Of a stretch of 64,000 nt of DNA, positions 21,124-30,575 are shown in pieces. The notes under the pieces are model-generated. The model made no database searches and was not told where the DNA came from. It saw nothing but the letters and a program-made list of their open reading frames with translations. The DNA comes from a virus. The translations under genes and the position numbers were made by a program. The DNA is taken from positions 1-64,000 of the IMG/VR virus record IMGVR_UViG_3300026097_000009; one strand, given 5' to 3'. Each line of letters opens with the position of its first letter. Position 1 is the first letter of the stretch.

Positions 21124-22187
21124 TCTTGCTCCTCTACAATTTCTTCTTGCTGTTCTGGTACAACTTCTTCAGGTTTTCCATGTAGATGGTACTGATTCAT
21201 AACCATGTCTAGCTTTTCGCCAGTCCATGCTTTTCTATATTCAAGATGTTCCGTACCATCCGGCTCGATGTATTTAAGTCGATTACCTTGTTGTGTAAGC
21301 AAACCGTGTTTTTCAAAAAGATCAACAAGTCCGCTATATGGATTCATGCCTGTTTCGTATGGGATCTTTACTTGTACACCTTCAAACGGTTTTGCGTAAC
21401 GAGTTTTCATTACTTTACAACCCGCACGAATACCGTTTACTGTTGTTGTTTTATTACCATCTTCATCTTCTTTCAGCTTTAACTTCTTCATTGCAACTAC
21501 AATACTACTTGCATAGATAAAGCCTTGACCGCCTGAAATCTTATCATCTGGATCGAACATATCCTGCGATGCATATGTGTGATTGGTACATACCATGCCT
21601 ACATTGTAGCTACCAAACATGTTTACACAGTTACGAACAAGTGCTGTGAGTGCTTTAGGCTTACGACCCATATCACCTTTTAAATCGCCTTTGCCAAACT
21701 GATCAACATCTGTCGGTGTTAATAACATACCCAGCGAGTCGACTACAAATAATACTTTAGGACGATCTTCTTCCGCCATTGTGCGATATTCTTTCATGAA
21801 CTCTGAAACAGTTTTAGCAACATCATCGATCATTGCCATATTAAGTTTAAGAAGTTTTTCTTCCGATGTATCAACATCAAGTGCATGTAACCATTTTTCG
21901 TCTAGTGCGTTTTCGGAATCAACTAAGACTACAAAAATGCCTTGATCTTGTGCATGTTTTACAATGTTGCCAGAACAAAAATAACTTTTACCTGCGCCAG
22001 ATTCTCCTGCAAATACTGTTACCTTACCAAGCGGAACTCCTTTGTGAAAGTCTCCACTTATTAGATAATTAAGGGCATAATTACCTGTGCTGACCCAATC
22101 TGTTGGATCATTAAAGCCTACACCGAGACCGTCGATACTCTTGGTTAGACTTTTTCTAAATTTTGTTAAATCGAATGCTTTTGACAT
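21120..22187 (-). CDS. uvsX: UvsX/RecA-like recombinase
   Basis: GESGAGKS, VDSENALD, VVDSLG, TNHTY, SGGQG. Confidence 0.93.
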   Translation of the reverse strand: MSKAFDLTKFRKSLTKSIDGLGVGFNDPTDWVSTGNYALNYLISGDFHKGVPLGKVTVFAGESGAGKSYFCSGNIVKHAQDQGIFVVLVDSENALDEKWLHALDVDTSEEKLLKLNMAMIDDVAKTVSEFMKEYRTMAEEDRPKVLFVVDSLGMLLTPTDVDQFGKGDLKGDMGRKPKALTALVRNCVNMFGSYNVGMVCTNHTYASQDMFDPDDKISGGQGFIYASSIVVAMKKLKLKEDEDGNKTTTVNGIRAGCKVMKTRYAKPFEGVQVKIPYETGMNPYSGLVDLFEKHGLLTQQGNRLKYIEPDGTEHLEYRKAWTGEKLDMVMNQYHLHGKPEEVVPEQQEEIVEEQE

Positions 22188-22214
22188 ATTTACTCCTTAA
22201 TCGAAAAGCAAGAG

Positions 22215-22258
22215 TAACCCCCCGATTTGGGCTGCCTATGGCAAGCCTGGGGGGTATT
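22215..22258 (-). other. GC-rich stem-loop between gp32 and uvsX (terminator, processing or regulatory element)
   Basis: Forward strand TAACCCCCC...GGC-TGCC-TAT-GGCA-AGCC...GGGGGGTATTA forms a nested inverted repeat. Confidence 0.6.
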
Positions 22259-22263
22259 ATTCT

Positions 22264-23274
22264 TTAATCAGACTTTTGACGCGATCTAATCATCGCTAAG
22301 ATATCTTCTGCCCTGGAATTATTACCTTCGTCCGCTTCAGATTTAGTTTCTGTAGCTGGAGCAGTTGTCGTCTCGGGCTTGGGATCTGGATCAAACGGAA
22401 CGTCATCCTTTGTTTCTGGAATCGGTGTAGGTTTAGGAGCAAACGATGCTGTCTGGGTGTTCGGGTCACCTGTACGCTGTGACATACCCGCTGGACGGAA
22501 ATATTGACTCCAACGTTCTGGATCATATGCTTCACCGTCAACCGATGCTTCGAACATCTCCATCATAACCTTTTGTTCTACTTCCGAGGGTCGCTTAGGA
22601 AGGAATTCAGAAAGATTAAACAATCCATGTGTGTCAACAGCCGCGGCTTCATCTTCACTTAAAGAGCGTTCACGACGACTCCACGTTGATGTAGAGTAAT
22701 CAGCATATCCGCCTTTTGACGTTTTCTTGATACGGAAATCAACACCACGCATATAGTCTGTTGGTAATTCTTCCAACTCTGGATCCATTAATGCACCTTT
22801 GATAATTTGAAAAATCTGAGGTCCGATAATAAACCGACGAACAGGATTTTCTGGAATTGTTTCTTCTCCAATTGGATCATCTACAACAAACCCTTGGAAA
22901 ATATAAGAACGTTTCTTCCAGTACTTACGACCCATGTCTTCTAAACTTGCGTCTTTAAACCACGTGCGTACTTCAGAAAGAATAGGACAGGTTTGTCCGT
23001 CGCCATACATTTCAACGCAAGGTATCTGAACCTGCACTGGGCGTGAATCTGTTTCTCCTACGATTCCGCTAAATGGCAATTTAATCATTGCCCGTTCGAC
23101 CCAGAAAAATGTATTATTCTGATCGCCGTCTGGCAAGAAACGAATTACTGCTTCTTTTCCTTCTTGCATGTTCCAGTGTGGATAAATTGCATTATCACCA
23201 GGGGTTGATGATTTATTGCCGCCGTTGTTTTGAGATTCCGCGAGCTTTGCACGGATTTCAGCTAATGATGCCAT
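22264..23274 (-). CDS. gp32: Single-stranded DNA-binding protein, T4 gp32-like
   Basis: AVIRFLP, PC.E..G..CPI, YWKKRSY, GVDFRIKK..GGYADYSTS, acidic/Pro-rich tail. Confidence 0.9.
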   Translation of the reverse strand: MASLAEIRAKLAESQNNGGNKSSTPGDNAIYPHWNMQEGKEAVIRFLPDGDQNNTFFWVERAMIKLPFSGIVGETDSRPVQVQIPCVEMYGDGQTCPILSEVRTWFKDASLEDMGRKYWKKRSYIFQGFVVDDPIGEETIPENPVRRFIIGPQIFQIIKGALMDPELEELPTDYMRGVDFRIKKTSKGGYADYSTSTWSRRERSLSEDEAAAVDTHGLFNLSEFLPKRPSEVEQKVMMEMFEASVDGEAYDPERWSQYFRPAGMSQRTGDPNTQTASFAPKPTPIPETKDDVPFDPDPKPETTTAPATETKSEADEGNNSRAEDILAMIRSRQKSD

Positions 23275-23327
23275 TATATGCCTCCTTGTTATTGCCTTTA
23301 ATGGTTATGCCTAAACGCATAACATAC

Positions 23328-23356
23328 ATTATGCGTATTTTATTTATGTTTGTCAA
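23328..23356 (-). promoter_or_regulatory. Composite sigma70 and late promoter of the gp32-uvsX-uvsY operon
   Basis: TTGACA (23356-23351), 17 nt spacer, CATAAT (23333-23328); TAAATA (23346-23341) lies inside the spacer. Confidence 0.7.
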
Positions 23357-23380
23357 CGAGAAATATTAGATTTATGAGCC

Positions 23381-23408
23381 AAAATAAAAGGCCCTGCTGG
23401 GCCCTTTA
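23381..23408 (-). terminator. Rho-independent terminator
   Basis: Minus strand GGCCC-AGCA-GGGCC followed by TTTTATTTT, right after the 23409 stop. Confidence 0.8.
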
Positions 23409-26171
23409 TTACATGCCTGATAGTCGTCGTATTTTTGCTAACTCTTCTAATTCACTCACACCTAGTTTTTCTAATGCATCATTTATAGAATCAAGATGCT
23501 GTTGCATCTGCATTTGTTCTGTATCTCTTAAAAAATCGGCTGTATTGTCAGCGACGGAACCAATACCACCCGGATTCTTTTTAAACCATGCTTCAGCTTC
23601 TGCCTTCATTTTAAGTAATTCTTCGCGACTCTTGCCGTCATACATACCTTCATCGACAGTATCAACGTCCTGTTGCGGAGCCATTCTTTCAATCATTTTT
23701 CCGGCGGCCTGTCCAGCGGTTTCACCGAACTTTTTCTCTACACTCTGCATTACTGCGGTAGGTCCTTTAGGGAATGTGCCTTGATCTTTATCGTAAAAGC
23801 TCATTATGTAATCAGCAACTTCACTAAGTTCTTGCTTGCTCATTGCCTTACGCATACCTTTCTTAGCAAGATGTTTTGCTACATTTTTCTTTTTGATTTT
23901 ATTTCCAAACTCGTCAGTATCAGTTGTCTTTTCATCAGGCTCAAATGGTGGTTCGTCATTGGAATTTTTTTCTAACATGATGTCTTCTTCTAACATACTA
24001 GATAGTTTTTCTTCATTTCCAGCATCATCAAACAACCAGCCTAGTATTTTGCTTCCGCCCCACAGAGCCGCAATTACAAGTCCTACAGGTATTGCATACT
24101 GTTTTGCAACTTCTGCGATTTGTCTAATTATGTCCATATCGGCGATTGCTTCTACACCCTGTCCAAGCGTATCTACAATTTTGTCAAAATATTCTTCGGC
24201 TGTATCGAAAATACCCGATCCGTAGTCTGCAACTTGATCAGCGGCTTTTTCTACACTCTTGCCAATTTCATTTGCACCGATTGCAATCCCAGTTCCTACA
24301 GCGGCAGGTCCTGCTATTTTACTTCCAATGCCGCCTGGACCTCGCATAACATCTTTGGCAGCCGCGGCGCCTGCGCCCATTGGAGTCTGTGGCGTTTTTC
24401 CACCTGTACCGCCTGCGGCTGTTGCAGGTCCTCTGTCTCCTGCATTTGGTTTTGCTGTAGCGCCAGTAGACTTAGGATCTTTATATCTGATTTCAATATC
24501 AGCTTTAGGTGGCTTGTCTCTCATTGAGAGACGAGCCTCAGGTGGCTTGTCTGTCTTAGCTTGTTTCGCTATATCATCAATAGATTTTCCTGTGCCTGCT
24601 TTAGATAGTTTATCAGCGGCTTTTTTACTATCTTGTGGAATTTTTGCCTTTTTACCTAACTGTGCAATTTGCTGTAAACCTTTAGAAGCCGCACCGCCTC
24701 TAATTAAGTTTGCTAAAGGCCCAAGCACTGCACGACCGACGCCTAGCAATGCCGGAATGAATTCGTTTAGCTGTTCGGCTGATTCATCTACCATATCGCC
24801 AAAATCTAAATCATTTAATACTTCAGGAGCATTATCTTCTAACCATTTCTTAACTAAAGGACGAACACACTGGTCTGGATCTTCTTCAGCAACTTGCTTA
24901 ATTTCAGAGTACAATCCTGAATCTTCGATGATATCTTCCAATGCGCTAATAGCATTCATACCATCGTTTCCTGCAGGAAAATGCTCTTTAACAAGCTTCT
25001 GCAATGAGTCAATAGCATGATCTCTTATTTCAGGATCATCAGATGTGACGTTTGTAGCCTCTTCAATTTTTGATATCCAATTTTCTAAATCTTCTAGATG
25101 ATTAACTTCTTTTTTATAATTGTCTTCACTGCGCTCTTCTACTTGAACAAAACTGACTACGTCATCATAGCCTAATTCATTTTCTTTCATAAATTTGTAT
25201 AGGATAGGAAACACTGATTTAATTTCTTCGTTAAAGTTTCTAATGGTGAATTTTTCGACTAAATCTTGTTCTACATCTTCAGGAAGATCGATTGCCTCTT
25301 CAGCTTCAAAATTGTTTACAAAATTTTCATAATACGATTGCTTAGACAGTTTCTTGACAGTGCCTTTGAGAGATTCTAATTCATTTTTTGTTTTTTCAAT
25401 CAAGTTAGATGTTTCTTCGCTGATCAAATTATTACGATTGATATAGTTTGTAAAGTTTTTTAAATGAGAAATTTTTTCGCTCATTGAAACGATACCTTCG
25501 CCGATTTGATCATACGGCAGTCCGCCGTTTGCTACATGACGTTGCATAGCTCTCGCACCTGCTAGATGAACATACGGATATTTAAATCTTTCACCTTTTG
25601 AATTTTCTATAAACATAGAAGAAATATTTCTAGTTCTTGCCGCAGGATCTATATCGTTTAACGTTTTTTTATGTTTGATAATTAATTTTGTATCTTGTAA
25701 ATCCTGGTAGCTGGTCTTGCTTGTACCATACATATGGCTTTCGTTCATCATTATATCCTCAACAAATTTGTCGTTATTTGTTTTATCAAAGTATCTTTCG
25801 TTATTGGATAAAAATGCATAATCTCTTGTATGCAAAATATCCTTGCTAATATCTCGTGTATCGAAACTCATTAATCGTTTCTTGGAAAACAGCCTTAATT
25901 CTTTTAAAAAACTATACCATTTTTGTTTTTCACCGTCAGCCATATCTTCTGTTATATTTGTACTGAAATAAACTTTTAATGAATTGTTTTCATTAATGCT
26001 TATCGTAACATGTCCGATTGATCTGTCATTATCGGTATATTCAAAATCAAAAAATCTAGCATCTTCAGGTGTTATAGTAACTTCGCCGTCTTGAGTACCA
26101 AGCTTTAGTCCTTCGAATCTGCTTCTAATTTTGTAAAATAAATCTGTTGCTATGCCGTTTAGTGAATCCAT
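23409..26171 (-). CDS. Large putative virion (internal head) protein
   Basis: ~920 aa; start at ATG 26171 is supported by TAAATA-N5-ATG. Acidic flanks, basic Ala/Gly-rich core, ends ELAKIRRLSGM. Confidence 0.6.
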   Translation of the reverse strand: MDSLNGIATDLFYKIRSRFEGLKLGTQDGEVTITPEDARFFDFEYTDNDRSIGHVTISINENNSLKVYFSTNITEDMADGEKQKWYSFLKELRLFSKKRLMSFDTRDISKDILHTRDYAFLSNNERYFDKTNNDKFVEDIMMNESHMYGTSKTSYQDLQDTKLIIKHKKTLNDIDPAARTRNISSMFIENSKGERFKYPYVHLAGARAMQRHVANGGLPYDQIGEGIVSMSEKISHLKNFTNYINRNNLISEETSNLIEKTKNELESLKGTVKKLSKQSYYENFVNNFEAEEAIDLPEDVEQDLVEKFTIRNFNEEIKSVFPILYKFMKENELGYDDVVSFVQVEERSEDNYKKEVNHLEDLENWISKIEEATNVTSDDPEIRDHAIDSLQKLVKEHFPAGNDGMNAISALEDIIEDSGLYSEIKQVAEEDPDQCVRPLVKKWLEDNAPEVLNDLDFGDMVDESAEQLNEFIPALLGVGRAVLGPLANLIRGGAASKGLQQIAQLGKKAKIPQDSKKAADKLSKAGTGKSIDDIAKQAKTDKPPEARLSMRDKPPKADIEIRYKDPKSTGATAKPNAGDRGPATAAGGTGGKTPQTPMGAGAAAAKDVMRGPGGIGSKIAGPAAVGTGIAIGANEIGKSVEKAADQVADYGSGIFDTAEEYFDKIVDTLGQGVEAIADMDIIRQIAEVAKQYAIPVGLVIAALWGGSKILGWLFDDAGNEEKLSSMLEEDIMLEKNSNDEPPFEPDEKTTDTDEFGNKIKKKNVAKHLAKKGMRKAMSKQELSEVADYIMSFYDKDQGTFPKGPTAVMQSVEKKFGETAGQAAGKMIERMAPQQDVDTVDEGMYDGKSREELLKMKAEAEAWFKKNPGGIGSVADNTADFLRDTEQMQMQQHLDSINDALEKLGVSELEELAKIRRLSGM

Positions 26172-26176
26172 AACAA

Positions 26177-26182
26177 TATTTA
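26177..26182 (-). promoter_or_regulatory. Late promoter TAAATA-N5-ATG
   Basis: TAAATA-TTGTT-ATG. Confidence 0.65.
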
Positions 26183-27769
26183 TCAAAAACCAGTACTAAC
26201 GAATATAGGCAATGGTGCAGACTCTTCTGTAATTTGTTCTGTCATCTTTTCGTAAATTTTAGGATCCCAGTCAGCCAATACCGAAGCCATACGAACACAC
26301 AATAGTGTGGCACTTACTAAATCATCGTGTTCTCCGCTTTTTGCTCCAAATCCTACACCGTTAGCAATATAGGTCTTTAATTCTGTTATTAACGGCTTGG
26401 AATAAATTTTCATTTTATTTGTTTCTATGAGATTTTTAAATTTAGAACAGGCTGTAATTTTATTTTTATGAGTTGTGTTAAATCCCTTACGGAACCTACG
26501 TACATGTCCTTTTCTTATAGGCTCGCTCAAGAACAATCCAGGAAAATTATCTTCGCCGATATCATTAATAACAATAAGTGCGGCTTCTCCTAGAGTGTTG
26601 TTTTCTACAGAATAATAAATTTGTGGTTCACCGCCTTTTGATTTCGCAGTATCTTGTATGTATTTCAAAATATCTCTAAGAATCTTCACCTGCTGTTGTA
26701 CCGGAGTTGTATTGTGTCGCCATTCAGCTACCTGATCCATTGAAGGCATTTCAAAAACTTGAATTGCGCCATAATCGCCTCCGGTTCCTAAACTAGGATC
26801 TAGCGCAACTAGATATGTAGCTTTCGGGTTTATATCTTTATACCAACGAGTTTGTCCCATGGTAAGCATAGGATCTTTGCCTTCTAATTCAACAAGTTTT
26901 ACACTGTTGATCAGTGTTTCGTCAAAAATCAAGAATTCACAATCGAACTCTCGACGAAATCTTTCTTCACCGATTTTTGCCTTTTCTTCTGCGGCCCAAT
27001 CATCATCTCTATCGGGATGTTCGGTCCATGGTGCAAAAAACGGATAAAATCCATTTAAGCCAACTTCTCGGTCATTGCCGTGCGCATCAAACTTTTTCTG
27101 AGCCTCTGTCCAAATCATCGCAAATTGATCTTCATCTGAGTTTGGTGTTGAAGTTACAATACACTTACCGCCCGTTGACAGTGTAGGTGAAAGTGCTGTC
27201 CAGAACTCTTTGGCTTTTTCGGGAGGTTGTACAAACGCAAACTCGTCGCAGTAAATTAATGACAATGACTTACCACGTCCTGTGTTTTCTGTTGTGGTGG
27301 TTGCTTGTACACGACTACCATTATCAAATTCAACAGTATTTCTGTTATATGTATAAATTCCTGCACGAACAAAATCAGGCAATTGCTCATAACCGTATCT
27401 GAAACGATTCATAATATCTTGAGCACCTACATATTTGTGTGCGGCAATTAGAATTTGTGATTCGGGAACAAACATTGCATACCATAACAAATATCCTGCG
27501 GCACAGGTCGTCTTTCCCATCTGTCTAGGGAGCATAGCAACAGTATATCTGTAATCGTTGTAAGAGGCAATAAGATCTTTTTGAAATCCGTATGGTTCAA
27601 AAGGAATAGAACCTTTAGTAGGATGTTGAATTTTTAGAAAGTTTTGCATAAAATACAAAGGACCACCTTTTAAGTCCATGCACTTTTCTAAATGCTCAAT
27701 TTCTGTTTCAGTGTAACGCTGTTTTGCATGCGCTTTTTTAACAAGAACGCCGTCTAATGATTTGCTCAT
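26183..27769 (-). CDS. gp17: Terminase large subunit
   Basis: PRQMGKT, YCDEFAF, TSTPN, ALDPSLG.GGDY, VENN, HDDLV. Confidence 0.95.
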   Translation of the reverse strand: MSKSLDGVLVKKAHAKQRYTETEIEHLEKCMDLKGGPLYFMQNFLKIQHPTKGSIPFEPYGFQKDLIASYNDYRYTVAMLPRQMGKTTCAAGYLLWYAMFVPESQILIAAHKYVGAQDIMNRFRYGYEQLPDFVRAGIYTYNRNTVEFDNGSRVQATTTTENTGRGKSLSLIYCDEFAFVQPPEKAKEFWTALSPTLSTGGKCIVTSTPNSDEDQFAMIWTEAQKKFDAHGNDREVGLNGFYPFFAPWTEHPDRDDDWAAEEKAKIGEERFRREFDCEFLIFDETLINSVKLVELEGKDPMLTMGQTRWYKDINPKATYLVALDPSLGTGGDYGAIQVFEMPSMDQVAEWRHNTTPVQQQVKILRDILKYIQDTAKSKGGEPQIYYSVENNTLGEAALIVINDIGEDNFPGLFLSEPIRKGHVRRFRKGFNTTHKNKITACSKFKNLIETNKMKIYSKPLITELKTYIANGVGFGAKSGEHDDLVSATLLCVRMASVLADWDPKIYEKMTEQITEESAPLPIFVSTGF

Positions 27770-27774
27770 AGCTT

Positions 27775-27780
27775 TATTTA
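27775..27780 (-). promoter_or_regulatory. Late promoter TAAATA-N5-ATG (terminase)
   Basis: TAAATA-AAGCT-ATG, immediately after a terminator. Confidence 0.7.
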
Positions 27781-27783
27781 ACC

Positions 27784-27810
27784 AAAAAAATAGGGCCGTT
27801 CGACCCTATT
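27784..27810 (-). terminator. Rho-independent terminator
   Basis: Minus strand AATAGGGTCG-AA-CGGCCCTATT followed by a T run. Confidence 0.85.
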
Positions 27811-27827
27811 GATTTTGTTATTCTATT

Positions 27828-28265
27828 TTAAGAGTGTGTAAAATTACTGAATGAAGTTTTGACTTCGCAGGTTATTGCTGTCATATCAAAATCGTTATTG
27901 CCATAGTCAACACCTAACGCAACAATTTCATCTTCAATTTGCTCTACCAATGTTTCAGCACCGGCGCCATCATAATCTAAACTTTGATTCGATTGTTCTA
28001 CTGCAAACGCCATTTGTGTATTTCCATCGAACAAATCTCCACGAATTACAATGGTTGCATACTTTTGAATAATTTCAATAACTGCTTGAATTGCTTCATT
28101 TGCACCTGTTTCAGCGTTTGCCGCGGCGACAAAATCAACAACAAAAAAAGTTAAAGGTTTGTTGCCGTAAAAATCAATTGCGGTTGCATCGAATACACTT
28201 TTTTTATTTTCTGCAACGAGTATAGAACTGCCGCCGCCGATTGTTGCTGTTAATAAATCTGCCAT
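27828..28265 (-). CDS. Putative virion structural protein
   Basis: 145 aa, Ala-rich; last gene of a late unit, before a terminator. Confidence 0.55.
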   Translation of the reverse strand: MADLLTATIGGGSSILVAENKKSVFDATAIDFYGNKPLTFFVVDFVAAANAETGANEAIQAVIEIIQKYATIVIRGDLFDGNTQMAFAVEQSNQSLDYDGAGAETLVEQIEDEIVALGVDYGNNDFDMTAITCEVKTSFSNFTHS

Positions 28266-28730
28266 TTATCTTTCCTTTATTTCTTGTAGTGTTTTATGAA
28301 GTTGTTCTTTGATTGACTCTTCTAAATCGTCTGCATGACTAATTTTTTGTAAAGGATTATCGCCTCCACCTACTTTATTATTAGTTTTCTTAGGACGATT
28401 CATGCCGCCTGCGAGCTTGTTCAACATATAGTCTATATCTTTTACATCTTCGTCAGGTTCATTTGCATAAGCTTCTTCTTGTGGCTCATCCATGACAGCT
28501 AGGTCTGGTTGATAATCACCATCCATGTCAATATCCAACTCACTGTCATTGCTTGAATGTGTGTTTAAGTCCGACAAAAGGCCTAGAATATCTTTCATAC
28601 CGTCAACCCCTTGAGCATTAATGTTTATACTCATAGAAGGCTTAGGATCCTGGGGTGTTACTACAGGCATAGGTGCTTCGTCTACTTTCTCGATGTTATC
28701 AATTGCTTCAAGCAATGTTTTCAATTCCAT
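28266..28730 (-). CDS. Acidic putative head/scaffold-associated protein
   Basis: 154 aa, very acidic, N-terminus MELKTLLEAIDNIE. Confidence 0.55.
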   Translation of the reverse strand: MELKTLLEAIDNIEKVDEAPMPVVTPQDPKPSMSININAQGVDGMKDILGLLSDLNTHSSNDSELDIDMDGDYQPDLAVMDEPQEEAYANEPDEDVKDIDYMLNKLAGGMNRPKKTNNKVGGGDNPLQKISHADDLEESIKEQLHKTLQEIKER

Positions 28731-29273
28731 TTATTTCTCCTCGGTTCCTGCAGATAATGCATGACCAAAATCTTTATTTTTTTCTTCTTTTTGTGTTTCT
28801 TTTCGTTGATTCTCTAAATCTTTCAAAAAGTTTGTATTGTATTCGTCACCGAAATATTCCTTCGATTCGGCATTTGTAAGTTCTTCATAGTTTGTGTTAG
28901 TTAAAAGCGTTTCGTCAGTAAGCAGTTCGCCTTTTGTAGCTTGATCAACTTCTGAAGGATCCATACTGTTTCTAACTATAATTTTTTCTTCGCTAATATC
29001 AAATTCTTTTATAATGCTGGCGATTTCAGGCGGTGTAATTGGATATTGTGTTTGTACAGAAAAGATGCTTACTTCTTGATTTCTTAAATCTGGAAAATCT
29101 AAAGGTACTCGCTGTATAGGAGTTTCCGACTCCTTTTTAATTTCGAGGGGTTCGTATGATGTCAACGCTTCTTTCAATTTACCTTCAAAATCGTCCACAA
29201 TCTTACCCGCAACTTTTACTTTGTGCGTGTAGATTTTTTGACTTTCAGTTAAATATTCTTTAAAACTTTTCAT
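28731..29273 (-). CDS. Putative internal head protein
   Basis: N-terminus MKSFKEYLTE resembles the T4 capsid-targeting sequence; TAAATA-N5-ATG at 29284-29279. Confidence 0.6.
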   Translation of the reverse strand: MKSFKEYLTESQKIYTHKVKVAGKIVDDFEGKLKEALTSYEPLEIKKESETPIQRVPLDFPDLRNQEVSIFSVQTQYPITPPEIASIIKEFDISEEKIIVRNSMDPSEVDQATKGELLTDETLLTNTNYEELTNAESKEYFGDEYNTNFLKDLENQRKETQKEEKNKDFGHALSAGTEEK

Positions 29274-29281
29274 AATAGTAT

Positions 29282-29758
29282 TTATTCTTCTTTCCTTAAT
29301 TTTTTCAATAGCTCGTTTCTATCTGAAATTATATAACCTTCACCGGATAAAGTATCTTCTTCCGGTTTGCTATCTTTGTCTATTTTCATTTTTTTAAGTT
29401 GAAGGTCGATTGCTTTTAATTTCCTATCAATCTTTGCTGATTTGGCGTCTATAGCATTTTTTAACATGCCGCTTGCAACTTCGAAAATTCTTCCACTATA
29501 TCGAACTTCGACATTCATTCCGAGATCCATTAAATCGTCATATGCTTGTTCTGCCTTTTCGGATAATGAATCTAAATCACCTTCTTCAAGAGATTCTAGC
29601 TCTTGTATTGCAGGTAAATCGCCAGTAATTTGAGTTACCGCTTGATAACTGTCTTCGATACTGGATACTTCTTGGTGTCCCGCAATTTTTTCTTCGTGGG
29701 CTTCATTAAGTTTCTTTTTATCTTCCAAGTTAAAAATTTCTTCTAATTTTTTAGTCAT
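29282..29758 (-). CDS. Putative terminase small subunit-like helical protein
   Basis: Helical core AYDDLMDLG..RIFEVA..LK.AIDAK and C-terminal DRNELLKKL resemble gp16-like proteins; located near terL. Confidence 0.45.
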   Translation of the reverse strand: MTKKLEEIFNLEDKKKLNEAHEEKIAGHQEVSSIEDSYQAVTQITGDLPAIQELESLEEGDLDSLSEKAEQAYDDLMDLGMNVEVRYSGRIFEVASGMLKNAIDAKSAKIDRKLKAIDLQLKKMKIDKDSKPEEDTLSGEGYIISDRNELLKKLRKEE

Positions 29759-29766
29759 AATTTTAC

Positions 29767-30207
29767 TTATCGTCTTTTGCCGCCTGTGTGAAAGATTTCA
29801 TCTTCATTCACTACTCTAAATTTAAGATTTTTTTGTTTACACCAAACATTTGCCGCTTCCCACTTAGCAAGATTTTTTACATATTGTTCTTGGTTATATC
29901 TACTGTTGCCTACCTTTTCTCTAAGTGTATGGTTGCTGGGTTTTACTTCAACTACTTCAGCATGTTTGTTGCCGAACTTATCTTCATAAACAACAAGAAA
30001 GTCAGGAACATATATTGTGTGTTTGCCAGTAAAAGGATCTTTATAAGGAATTTTAATAGTTTCCGATGACCATTGAATAATGCTAGGGTGTTCGTCTAGC
30101 ATTCTCATAAAAACAAATTCCCACGAACTACGAGCTAACGGTTTCTTCGTTCCCGAATATTTCTTCGGGTTTTTCATTTTAAAATGGCCTTGAGCAAATC
30201 TTGGCAT
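29767..30207 (-). CDS. gp4: Head completion nuclease (T4 gp4 / TnsA N-terminal-like)
   Basis: NPKKY, RSSWE..FM, WSSE..IPY, YVPDF, VEVKP, AKWEAA. Confidence 0.9.
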   Translation of the reverse strand: MPRFAQGHFKMKNPKKYSGTKKPLARSSWEFVFMRMLDEHPSIIQWSSETIKIPYKDPFTGKHTIYVPDFLVVYEDKFGNKHAEVVEVKPSNHTLREKVGNSRYNQEQYVKNLAKWEAANVWCKQKNLKFRVVNEDEIFHTGGKRR

Positions 30208-30575
30208 TATGCACCTATGTTTCTTTGTTGTTCGTTTGTTACGATGTCTTGTTGACGATATCCTAATGTGCTTAAAGGAATTCTGTTGTTATTTAAAATT
30301 TCTCCCACCAACGCAGAAATTTGAATTTGATTAAATCCTTTAATTTGATCTAATATCGTGAATATAGGTGTTTCGTCAATTTTAGCTTGTTTTAGTAAAG
30401 CAAGACCGCTCACTATTGCCGCGTCTTTGCCAAATCCTGCACTTGTAAAAAATCCAATCACAGCATCAATTTCGTTTGCATTAAAAGATATAGGGACTTC
30501 CCCATATGCTTCGAAAAAAAGTTTAGTTCCGGCCGCACTGTCTTGAATAATTTTAGGAGGTAGGTTAGTTGCCAT
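30207..30575 (-). CDS. Hypothetical protein in the tail/head operon
   Basis: 122-aa ORF abutting its neighbours. Confidence 0.6.
   Translation of the reverse strand: MATNLPPKIIQDSAAGTKLFFEAYGEVPISFNANEIDAVIGFFTSAGFGKDAAIVSGLALLKQAKIDETPIFTILDQIKGFNQIQISALVGEILNNNRIPLSTLGYRQQDIVTNEQQRNIGA

Noticed and set aside
22215-22258. tRNA or riboswitch between gp32 and uvsX
   Set aside because: Too short and a single hairpin with no T-loop or D-loop consensus; kept only as a generic stem-loop.
23350-25020. Plus-strand ORFs of 100-253 aa opposite the ~920-aa gene
   Set aside because: Antisense shadows of a low-complexity Ala/Gly-rich coding region, with no RBS, promoter or recognisable motifs.
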